In this document: positions 1 to 11,499 of the stretch, in pieces
Numbering within the stretch: position 1 is the first letter of the stretch
Layout of the letters: each line of letters opens with the position of its first letter
DNA from: Phoronis australis
Taxonomy: Eukaryota; Animalia; Phoronida
Direction: 5' to 3'
Assembly (NCBI GenBank): GCA_002633005.1
Contig: NMRA01000261.1
Coordinates: 522,861-586,860 of the forward strand
DNA length: 64,000 nucleotides
Position numbers and translations under genes: made by a program
The notes under the pieces: model-generated
Databases searched by the model: none
The model's input: the letters and a program-made list of their open reading frames with translations, nothing else
Told to the model about the DNA's origin: nothing

Positions 1-1886
1 ATAGCTGGCCATTCTTCACCTACAAAATGAACACAAAGACGCGTGGCACACATTTTCACCGAGTTCTTCAGTTAATACTGAATAATGTGTAAAAAAATTG
101 TCAAGAGAGAGAATATGTCACGAATTAATGAGAATTCTCATTTATCACGTTTGGACGTGTTGACAATATGACTGATCAGACGTAAACAAAAATGCAACAG
201 TCTCTCTTGAGAAAAATATTTTGGTCCCTCTTTCTGAATTTCTGGAACACGGTCTTAGTGTGGCTGGAAAAATGTGTCGCCAGATGCACACTGTATACCA
301 TCGCCCATCCTTTTCACGACCATGACCTCAATGGTACGGGGAAGGCACTTCCATAAGAGGTGCCGGTAGGGACATACACCAGCTTCTTGGATGGGCAATT
401 TAACACCCCAGGTATCGTTTCGGGAGTTCATTTACTTTCTTAGCTGTGGTTTCTGGAGGGTAATATTTTTGACTTCATTGGTGAGCACCGGAGTAGGGGT
501 CAGCGCCGTATTGTATTGTTTGGGAGTTTTTCATTTGGTGTCCGGCGACTCGTAAGCCATTTTCTCGGTTGCCTATATACTGGGCCTGTTTATTGAAGAG
601 GATGGTGACTTTTGTCTTTTGACTTTAGCCAAACTTCAGAAATCTTATCACAAATAACCAAAGTTAATCGATTCCCGTGTCTTTTGCATTTCACAAAATG
701 TTTTGTCTTCAGCATATTCGAGCAGGCTACGAATTTCTGACTTCTGACTTTCAGTTGTACAAATAACTTTCCGCCATAACTTGATTTTTGGGAAACAGCC
801 TAAGCCATCTGTAGCCTCCTTTTCAGCGGAAAGTCAAAAAGACAGAAACAAATTGTCTATTCGAGAAACAGACCCCTGGCAAGATGTGAAACAGGGTAGA
901 GTTAAGTAACGCCTGGATCTCGCTAGGACCTCACTAAAAAGACAAGACTTCGCGAGATTAAGCGAGATATTACCGTGTATTTTAAATGAGAACACGGGAT
1001 TTTGCCTACTAGATTTGTCTACCCGCGAGACAACTACTAGTGAACTCTACTCGATAGATTTTGAACGGAGCGGTGGGCCTAGCCTTCACTTAGTCGGATG
1101 TTTAGTTATGACGTACTTGCCACTGTTACGACGCGATTCGGACCCACAAATAGGAATAAGCAATGCGCAGTAACACCACATTTTCGACAAATTTTGCGGG
1201 TCTTGTATATTTTGATTTAGCTAACCAGCGGACAATTCAGCACTTGAAATTTTTACAAATCGGTGTGCTCCGACAACGGTTGCACCCATTTTATGCTCCC
1301 TTGAAATTATTGCTTTTAATTTTGTCATTTTATTTTATTTGACTAGGGTCCAAAACGTTAACTTAACATGATGTAATACTGAACAAGAGAATAGGCACAG
1401 GCTTGTGTACTTTACATATCTTTCTGCCTTTACTTAATATTTATCCTTTTAAATGTAAACTTATTAGCAGATAGTAGTTAAGTCAACTGTGACTCAAATG
1501 GTTCTTCAAAAATTACTCCTTGGTTTCACTCAAGAGTATATGAAACACCGTGCGCAGCTTTACTTCCCAGGCGCATACACATACGTGTATAAGGAAGCGG
1601 TGTCATAACATTCATTGTGTTTCAATTTGTGACACTTATTGCCTGACTTAATCGGCGTCATCAACAGTCACGAGTAGGTCAGCTGGAGCTACGATAAAGG
1701 GTCAATGCATGTCTCCATAGAATAATTGTGTACTTTGTACTCTTGCCCCGATTATGAACAAAGTTCAATTAGACGAAGCTCGCTAGCTTAAACGTAAATA
1801 GCTTATATTACGCATAATAGCCTTAAGTATAAAAATCATCATGTATGTAACGTTTTCCCGAAATTTGGTAGTGTTAAAGGATAACC

Positions 1887-2466
1887 ATAGGGTGTCTCAA
1901 AACTTTACAAAATACTCGGAAACACGATTGCTGAAAATGGCTTTACTGGGAGCTAATTATGGTGTTTTTGTGTCACTAAACACGAATAATCTCAGTCTCC
2001 TTTGAAAGATACACAAGTCATGAAAAGGTGCCGAGACTGGCTTTTATTCCAGAGAAACCCGAAACCTGGACACTTCCTAATTTTGCACAGCTGACCAGAC
2101 TCTCTTATCGCCAGCGCGAGCTCAACAGAACGACTCTTTCGATTCACCACAATTTATTGATCAAATTGAACACAATTTCCATTTGTGAAAACAGAAACAG
2201 TTTCGTTTCTTGGTCTTCATATTTGCCCAAGCACTTTATTGACGAATCCTCGATATCTACGTTGCACAACTAATTACTGCATGAGGTAAAGCTAACGAAA
2301 TTTGTTCTCTGCAATTAAACTAATCGATTGCACTATTTCTTAAACATCTACTACTGGTAAACAATCTTTGAGATTCCTAGAATAATAATAAACAATTAGT
2401 TCCCAATAAAACCGTCGTTTCATATTACTTAGATTTTAGGATATTTTAACATTTTGTGACACCCTG
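1887..2466. mobile_element. Degenerate Tc1/mariner-like MITE
   Basis: AGGGTGTCTCAAAA at the left end and TTTTGTGACACCCTG at the right end form an imperfect TIR. Confidence 0.45.
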
Positions 2467-4897
2467 TGTATACGATAAGCGCTTTGTTAACAATGTACAT
2501 GTAAGAGTTATATAGCGGTGCACAGTAGGCAAAACACTCCTGATACTAAACTGAATACATTACCTTGTGGACAGATTTCTTCTTAAACAACAACACCTCT
2601 TTAAATATGCTAGTCCAACAAAGTTAGCCCGGCGTCGGTAAACTTGAAGTAGTCAAAGCAGTTGAAAAAGGAAACATGCGATGTTCACTTCTAAACACAA
2701 ACCTGAGAGGTGAGTAATCACATGTTATCTTTAGACTTTGTACCCTGTAAATTTGTGTATGATGTCAACAACTCTCCGCCAACAACAGTTTGTGAGCGAT
2801 TATAACCCGATGCATGACAGGTCGTCGTGCTTGGGTGTTTACGGCACACAGAGACTGCACACACTCAAAAATACAAGCGAAGAAACAAAAATAGCATCAA
2901 GTTTGGCTAGTCGACCAAGCAACTGTGCATGCAAAAAACTTAGTTGGGAGTAGATTCTCCTTAGTTTAAAATTGGTGGTTACTTTGCCTCCGGTGCAAAT
3001 TGTTAGAAAGCTGAATTACACTCAAAACGCGCTGGAAGGGGTGTTGGAGACTGCAAATGCATGCATGAATAAAACCCTAGGGCAGGGTCTGAGTACTCTC
3101 TGCCAGAGATCTCTGAGAGGTCGGCGGGCAGCTCCAGAAAATCACACTTTGATGGTCATGGCTGTTTGAGTGGGCAAAAAATTAAAGAAAAAGAAAAGAA
3201 AAACACTAAGAACAAATAAGTACACAAGAAACATACAAATGACAGGTATTGAGATATTTTAAAGTGTCGCACTGTGGACCCAGGACGAGGCAAAAGGGGA
3301 ACAAATTTCGAGGGTCCAGTTACTTCCGGGGAGTTGCAGTCAGTGAGACTTGAAATTCATTGATTATCAATTTCGCACGATTTAATCTAGTCTGCAACGG
3401 TGAGGACACTTCTTCAGTAACTACTATACTTAATATCTAAATATAAACAAATCAATCGGAAATTGCATATCAATAATAGTCACGGGGAAAACGATAATCT
3501 AATCTTTAAGATTTTCTGAAATTAACAGGGTGTTTATCTTTTACATTTAGAGGTCACCCTAGAGCATCCCCGTTCGCCACAAATTTCGTGCTACTACCTG
3601 CCCAGTTGACAACCCCGCCTCTCCAACCATTTGAAGGGAGCCCTACACCTACCTGGAGGCAAGATGGACCCCCCAAGTTATGCGGAGTTGTGGTCTGCGC
3701 TATCTGCTCTGGTTTGGGCTATTGTGCACACGACGTCCCCATTTCTTGCTTTACTTGAATCCCGGTTTCACAGCCTGGGCCCGGGTTCTAGTGTTTGATC
3801 TCGAAATCGATTCGAAATTATTTTTGACGTTCTCCGTTAAGCTTATATTGGGAATTCAATTTTATCGTTAATCTGTTGCTCGAGTACACTACTAGTAGGT
3901 CTACCAGGCACGCAGCTCCCCATAGCGGATAATATGATTCGCACGCCTCACGTGGTGTGTGATTTTGAAGAAATTGCTTCTTTAATTGTCCTGGTAGTCT
4001 TCAAAAGAACTTCCAACACTTCGTAACATCATTACATAACTCGGACGCTCCACGTGCAATATGTGTATTTTACTTATGCACAGTAAGCGTAGCAGTAATC
4101 AAGACGATAAGAGTTCCTCAAACTGCTTTCCCAAGGCAGTTTCAAATCCTGGCTTATCCTATCTTCGATCAATGTCCATGGTCACTTGACACAATTCAGT
4201 TTCTCTCCGATTGCATTCAATTAATTGGACGAAGATAAATGTCTGCACTAAACGCTATTTCACTCGTATCATCATTTGAATAAAATATCTTACATGTAGA
4301 TACATTTCGTATTTCACCCCTCATATGAATTTGTAGATGGTTTGGACGAAATCCTTAACTCACAAGCGGTCAATATTTTGAAGCCAATCATTTTTCATAT
4401 TGACCGCTGCTTTGGTAACGCCCCTTTTTAATTCCTTCCTCATTTTTTTTCTGTTCTCAAGCCACTAGTCTGCAAATTCGGCATTCTTTTCAAGGGACAC
4501 AGACGATTTTAGGGCTGTAACGCATTTTTGGAATTATTATTGAATAGGGTAGACTTAATTCTTGACTTTATTAGCTTTGATGTCCAAAACTGTAAAATAA
4601 CAAACTCTTTTATTTTATTACAAGTCTCCAATTCTCGCCTTTGTCTGTCAAATATTCGTTGAAACTCATCCGCCATGGAGGCTGATATCAAAAAATCATT
4701 TTCTCGTTGATTAAGTTACTTTAAGCCTTTTCAAGCCATCCGAATTCTAACGTCATGGTTGTTCTCAAAAAACCGTAAAATATAAACATCTCAGTACAAG
4801 CAAACCTCCATTACAGAATCACAATTCCTTCCATCACACGATTGCACAAAAGATGTGTATTCAAAGGTTTGTTCACTGACTTTCAATACACGCCATT

Positions 4898-6182
4898 CAA
4901 GATGTTCCATCGAAATTGAAACCCGGGTATAAAACAGATATCCCGGAGTCGAAAACAGACTCCCGCACCTTCAAAACAGCTAACCAGCCCGAAAAACACC
5001 AACCCCGACCTTTAAAACAGGAACCCGGGGATCGGACAGGACACCCTGGGACCAAAACACCACCCCCGCACTTTCTGTCATTGTTTATTTCAAGAAAATA
5101 GTATGGTAGTACCTTTAAAATGTTTGTATTCATACGACATGTATCAATTTCACATTTGAAATCTTCCTACTTTAAAGAATTGTTGTGATATGTTGCTTTA
5201 CTAGGCTGTATGAGAATTTTAGACAACTTACAAGCATGACTGACTGGCGTTCTACCGTTATTCTGCTGCTTGTCGGCTTTCGGCGCCATGAAATACATGT
5301 ATTGCGTCACCTATTGGCCAATTTCTTGTTTCCCCAATTCTTCATTAAATTGTTCTTCTTCCACGAGTTTGCGTACATGTCACAACAAATTATCGAAACT
5401 AGTTTCGTTTCGTTGCTCGTTTTTGGTATTTCAATACCAGCAAACCGAATTTTGCAGCAGTGATCCGCCAAAAACAGTGTAAATGCTTCGAGTTCAGAAA
5501 TTCCGATTCCAAATTCCTATTTAATGATCGATGAGGATTTGAAGTACAATTTTTGAGTGCAAGAACTGTGTTGGTAGCGATGCAGGTCTTCTGAGAAAAT
5601 AATTCTCGCGGTCTGTTTCAAAATCCGGAAATTGATTGTGCAGGAAATAAATGTACTCTCGACATGTAAATCTGCGAACCCTAAAATGCTGCCATTTGTA
5701 AAGATATTTAAAGGATTCAATCAGCAATGGCTCTCGAAAGTCGAAATGATGTTTTAGTTTCGTTTTTGAAAATATTTTTGGAGAATCTATTTAATAATCT
5801 TAAATTAACTAAATATTCACCGAAATAACATCATGTTGAGAGTATAGATTATGATGAAATTCGACAAGTTGCACGAGTTTTACAGATAAAAAGTCAATAT
5901 AACATAAGTTACGTTTTAATATTGACAATTTTGAACAAGCGAAATGCAGAAAACAACTGGAAAGTATTTGCAGGTGCTTTAACTCAAAGTTTGACGCTAC
6001 TCACCTCGTCTCAGAAAATTTGAAAAATTGTCCTGGTTACCTTCCGATCCCCGTGGTTCCTGTTTTAAACGTCGGGGTTCCTGTTTTTCGGGCTGGTTAG
6101 GTGTTTTGAGGTTGAGGGGGGTTGTTTTGGACTCCGAGATATCTGCTTTACACCGGGATTCCAATTTCGATGGAACACCCTG
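4898..6182. mobile_element. MITE-like non-autonomous DNA transposon with ~150-bp imperfect TIRs
   Basis: CAAGATGTTCCATCGAAATTG... is the inverse of ...CAATTTCGATGGAACACCCTG. The TIRs are built of ~21-bp AAAACAG subrepeats; no internal ORF. Confidence 0.78.
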
Positions 6183-7235
6183 TCATTGCGAGGACTTAAG
6201 CACGAGCACGCTGACTCTCAGCTTAGGGAAAAATTGACCTATCGCAAGCTCCGCACCCTTGCGTAAAGTCGACTAACAAACGTGTTATTTGCCGGGTAAA
6301 AGGGCGTCTTGGAAACGAAGGTGTGTCAATAATGCTGCGTTTTAGATGGTCAGTTAAGCCGTCACTCAAAATCCTGGAGATAGGTCAATTGCTGGCCTAT
6401 CGTCGCGTTGATACCTAAATGATATTTGTCGACTGCTTTGCATTAAAGGACCGCTGTATGACTGCAAAACGTGACATATTTCCCAAAATATGATCGATTG
6501 TTCCTTTGACCATTTTACAACATCTGCTATAAATTTTATTAAAATCTCCCTGCAACGTTTCAAGTTAAAAGCAGTTAGATGACTGACCGAATGAGCGAAA
6601 TACTATACAAAAAGCCAAAACAAAGCTCACTTTTTTGAACACCAAGTCCACGATTTCCAGTTACGCATGCGCAGCGCGAGCACTGTAATAATGGGGCACT
6701 AGGTAGAGTTGTTGAAGCCCGGTAAGACTTCAGTAGATTGGGATAACATGGGCTGGGGATCTACTTGAGCTTCAACAAAGTAAACGAGTAGATTTTACAT
6801 TGCTCTCTGTGGAGACCCGACAATAAATACACATTTCTATGAAATAGTAAAACTAGTAAAACTAAAATGACGAGCGTTGGTACTAAAATATAGCCTATTA
6901 AAATATCCCCACGTATCGAGCGATGCGCTCTTTCTCAAGGGTGTGCTACAGACTGTCGGTAACTGCACGGCATTGCAACATCTATTTCATTTCTATGAAA
7001 GTAGCGAACACAACTCTTGACAATATGTCAAAAATTCGTGAACATTGTGGAATCATTTGAACACGGAAACTTACATATCATTCACGAATACTGTCTTTAT
7101 CCCGAGATCTGGGATTCGTTGGTCAATAATTTGGGATTGTAATGGTATCTAGGCAACAATTTAAAGACATGCTTTTTGTATCGAGGGCTAACAGTATTAA
7201 TATTGACCCTGAGGTGGACTTCGTGAAAACGTCCC

Positions 7236-7352
7236 GCGTGGGCAGCGCAGCACTGAAAAAAGTGTGGGGGGCTGTAGCTCCCCAGTCCCCTGTCACGATG
7301 TGCGCCGCCCATGGGGGCGCAGCACTGAAAAAAAGGGGTGCGCCGCTCATGT
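7236..7352 (-). repeat. Doublet of ~65-bp GC-rich mini-element (CATGGGCGGCGC...GCGCCGCCCATG family)
   Basis: Same family as 10142-10285 and 15237-15371, in the opposite orientation. Confidence 0.7.
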
Positions 7353-8314
7353 CCCGGTAGTTGGCCATGGAAATTACCGGATTAAAACTAACATCTTCGA
7401 TATTTTTCAAATGCGCATAGATGGTTCCAAAGAAGGAGAATGAGTCTGTGAATATTCTGAATATGTGGGACTGGATAGATGCAGCCTTTAGTAACAATTT
7501 GATTGTTACTCATCGAAAGATATTGGCTTTAACAGGGATTTCTCTTGTCCAGTTTCATGGAAACGCACGCGAACTGGTTTGTTTACTCTAGTAACATACT
7601 GTTCAAGATGGTGAATGAAATCATGAACTCGTGTATCGATTACTTAACTGGTGTAATGAAACAAAAACGGAAAACTCTTTGAACAAGTTGGTTTTCAGGT
7701 CTCAAAATGTGATAATGACTTTCTTGAGTCCGTAGAGTCATTATCACATTTTGAGGTCTGAAGATCAACACATTTACCTTGGTGAACGTGAACAATTGTA
7801 TACAGTGTTGGATTAAAGGGGGTGGGGCAAGTGGGTCAAGGCCCCCCTAAAATTGTCCAATACGTTGGTGCGAATGTCTGACGGGCAAATTCCTGGATAA
7901 TACTCTGCCCTCAGTGTCCCCCCTAACTCAAAATCCTGGATTCGCCCTGGTATAGTACACAGCTCAAAAAGGCAGTATGAGATTATGAAACTTTTCGAAC
8001 AGAAATTTCACTACGAAAATGTAAAACTTTGAGGCGAAGTATTGTCAGGAGTAAGTTTATAGAATACAAACCAACCATAGGGGGCGTTGTTTCCTTGCGG
8101 CTCAGTTTACCCAAACAAAGTGTTTGGGGATCACCTATGTCAATTTAGAAATCTTTGTAAAGAGCTTCAAATCTACTCCGGTCTGTTCAGGCTTGACATA
8201 GATGACAGAACACTGTTGCTTCAAATATATATGTTCCAAAACATGTCATAGTTCTTAAGTCGGCGCCATATAAGACCTAAACCTTGTGTTCGATATTGCA
8301 ATGTCAATTACAAA

Positions 8315-9577
8315 CTATGGTGACTGTTTTTCCAGATTCAACTCCATAAGCTCTGCAGTACTGACAAGGGTGCTGCGCCTCCTGTTGCGAAGATCATTGA
8401 ACGTTTTGCCAATAGCCGACTGTGTGGAGAAGATGAAATGTCTCATTGATAACGCAGCGCCCTCTGCCCACGTGTCCCAAGCTTCCACTGTGATATCCTC
8501 ACCTCGCAAGTATCGCCGTCTTTGAACACAACAGGTTGCTTTGAAAGCTTGCCGGAAACTTTTGCTGAATAAGCAGTAACACAAGGGGTTGGTTGTCGAA
8601 TTCGCGAGCCCAAACCATTGTAGTATAGGGAACAAGTATTTGGCTACAAATACCATGTCTTCTAGTTCATTGTCACCATATTTAGTGTTAAAGGTAAACT
8701 CCATCCACAAATTGATCACGTGGTACGGTAGCCACGACACACCAAATAGCATAACCAGAAATCCAAGCATTTTTACGACCTTTTGTCGTTTAAATTTCAC
8801 ATCGTGTTTTGTTGTTTGCCCAGCAGAAATGGAGTGCCGGCGAATGTTATTGTTCTTCGACCAGAGAATTTTGCCGATCTTCAAATATGTCACGAACATA
8901 AATGCTAACGGCAATATGTACAGGATAATGAACAGCGTGAGGCTGTACACCCGTTGCGACGTCACATCCGGCCACTTCTCTTGACACGTCGTAATTTCAA
9001 AAACACCTTTAACTGTAGTCGAGTGCGTTTGATTCACACTTAAAAAGGGAACAAAAAGCAAGAACGAAAGAACCCAAATTGCAGCAAGGATAAACACTAC
9101 TTTTCTATGCGAAAATATGATTCTTGCTTTCATGGGTTTGTGAACTGCTAAATAGCGATCAACGCTGACAGCTAGCAGAGTAAGAACGCTGACTGAGACG
9201 GAAGCCCCCTGGACAAAAGGGGTCACTCGGCACATGACTTCACCATATACCCAGTTCTGGTAGACATAGCGTGCCAGTGTGAAGGGCATACACACAACTA
9301 TGACCATCAAATCAGCCACGGCCAGGTTAACAAACATCGTATTCGTCAATGTTCGCATACTCTGGTGCCTTGCCACTGCCGTTATCACAAGAACATTTCC
9401 AACGAGACCAACTAAGAAAGACAAAGTGTACAGGGCTATGAGTACAATAGTGAACGGGCTACGGTGTTTCAGCAGATTATCTTTGATGACACTTATTACA
9501 GTGTCGTCACTTAACACTGCTCCAGTTGCACTGCCAACGGATTGGTTGCCATCGATACTGACTTCCATTTGCTCCAT
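8315..9577 (-). CDS. Class A (rhodopsin-like) neuropeptide GPCR, orexin/allatotropin/QRFP-receptor-like, single coding exon
   Basis: 420-aa ORF with 7 hydrophobic segments and class A motifs: GN (TM1), NLAVAD (TM2), C..QGASVSVSVLTL..DRY (TM3), W in TM4, SWLP (TM6), NSTTNPLCY (TM7). N-terminal NQS sequon and CC after helix 8. A splice acceptor (ttttccag) lies 6 nt upstream of the ATG. The subfamily cannot be resolved by eye. Confidence 0.93.
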   Translation of the reverse strand: MEQMEVSIDGNQSVGSATGAVLSDDTVISVIKDNLLKHRSPFTIVLIALYTLSFLVGLVGNVLVITAVARHQSMRTLTNTMFVNLAVADLMVIVVCMPFTLARYVYQNWVYGEVMCRVTPFVQGASVSVSVLTLLAVSVDRYLAVHKPMKARIIFSHRKVVFILAAIWVLSFLLFVPFLSVNQTHSTTVKGVFEITTCQEKWPDVTSQRVYSLTLFIILYILPLAFMFVTYLKIGKILWSKNNNIRRHSISAGQTTKHDVKFKRQKVVKMLGFLVMLFGVSWLPYHVINLWMEFTFNTKYGDNELEDMVFVAKYLFPILQWFGLANSTTNPLCYCLFSKSFRQAFKATCCVQRRRYLRGEDITVEAWDTWAEGAALSMRHFIFSTQSAIGKTFNDLRNRRRSTLVSTAELMELNLEKQSP

Positions 9578-10141
9578 TGTGGTCTGGAAAACACAGGCAT
9601 CAGTCCAGAATTATAACACCAAGACATTCGTCTTGCTGTATCAAACACCGTCAAGAAGTTAGTTAACTTAGAAGGAATTTTATGTGTTTTGATTTTCTTT
9701 CGCTCGGCTGGTCAAAAGTTCAAGTGAGATAAAGATAATTTCCTGAAATTTTCAAATGGGAAAAAGTATCTCTCGAGACAACGATTGGTGTGTGTTTGTG
9801 AAAAGCAATGTCATTTTTTTGGAAAATAACCATTCATTACTATTAAGGAGAAACAGACGTTTCAGAATGTGTCGATGTAAAATTTGTTCAAGTGTGATCA
9901 AACCTTAAATGACATTTGGGCTCTTAGAGCGTTTTGTACAAATCCAATACTTGTACAGGCTATGATTTTAAAATAATAAAATTTTCACGCTTTACTACAT
10001 AAATTAAGGAAAACATTTATAATATCTGGAGTCATTGAAGATGGGAATTCCTCATGATTCCAGGATTGTGGTTCGAAATTTCAATCCAGTAATTTTACGA
10101 AATTGGTTCAAGCTTGCACAGACAAAACTAACACACGTATA

Positions 10142-10285
10142 CATGGGCGGCGCACCATACGGGGCTGGGGGGCTATAGCCCCACTTTTTTCAGTGCTAGG
10201 CCGCACATGGTCTATAGGCAGTGCACCACAGGGGGGCTGAGGGGGCTTTAGCCCCCCATTTTTTTTCAGTGCTGCGCCACCCATT
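10142..10285 (+). repeat. Doublet of ~65-bp GC-rich mini-element
   Basis: Two tandem units, each with a GGGGCT(A/T)TAGCCCC palindrome and TTTTTCAGTGCT. Confidence 0.75.
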
Positions 10286-11386
10286 GTATAAAGTCTCAAA
10301 AGCTTTTGAATAAGAAATCGAGCTACTTAGCTTTCATCTTATGTTTTTGATTCTACGCGTAGCGACATTTTTGTGATTTTTGCATGGGTTCCTGCTCAAC
10401 CCAACGATCAAAATTACGATGCATTAGTTGTCATTTGAGATAGATATATAAAAGGAGGTGCAAGCAGAAAGCACTTACCTCAAGGAACTTTCCGCGACGT
10501 TTTTGGCTTTCTATAAAATGCGCATGATTCGAGGAAACGATGTCATACTTTAAGTTCTGCAAACATGTATAAACGCGTGTTACTCGAGAAAATCGGAAGC
10601 ATTTTCTCACGGGCGCGACTGGTGTTTTGCAACACAATGTCTTATCGTTAAATATTTCTTCGTTCATTACTGAACTCCCTGATTACTTATTGATTGGGAG
10701 GTCTTACAGCGTCGCTGAGTAAATTACTGTTTCTGAAATTGTGATTATGTCATCAGGTTTAAAACGGCCACAAAGTCATTTACTGGGACAGTTTAAGAGG
10801 ATTAATTTTTTGACCAACTCAAAATGAGAACCAGAATTGGAAAGGACGGGGGTGAGGGTGTGACTTGCCTTTGATGAATACTACAATGTTGTCACTTGGG
10901 CGACAATTTGTCTCGGAATTCACAGCTTACATTGTTACCCCCAATAAATATTGTCGCTTCAGGGAGGCGACAAGATGTATCGAGTGGGACAATATGTGTC
11001 GAGTACGACAATATGTATCGAGCGCGATAATATATGTCACAACGGACCTCAGTTCACTGCAGACTATCAATATGGGAAATGACTAACCTGTATTTTGAAA
11101 AAGGCAAATCGACCTTTTATCTGAACATGGATCAGTCGGCGCCAATTTTCTGAAGATTAACGGTTGTTACATTTGGTTGCTAGAAGCATGGTTTGTACTA
11201 GGTTTGCGTGAATGTCCGGACGTAATTATGCCAATCGAGATGAGGCAACGCGATACAGCACGAAAAACTGACAGAACTAAACAAACATGTGATTTTACTA
11301 TGACCCAACCAATAAAGAATTAAAGAAGTTGCTCCTTTACAGTTTGAAACATGAAGCTCGACTATAATTGCTGTTACTTAGTAGAC

Positions 11387-11389
<3 letters not shown>

Positions 11390-11449
<60 letters not shown>

Positions 11450-11475
11450 CTGCGAGTGTGTGCCTGCGTGTGTGC
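11390..11475. repeat. (TG)n microsatellite with degenerate extension
   Basis: About 29 perfect TG units followed by TGCC-interrupted units; adjoins the 3' end of the LINE remnant. Confidence 0.97.
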
Positions 11476-11499
11476 CTTAACTCAAGCCTCTCCTTGCCT

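Noticed and set aside
8589-9662. Plus-strand ORFs overlapping the GPCR (likewise antisense ORFs over ERI1 and RING exons)
   Set aside because: Antisense shadows of real coding exons.
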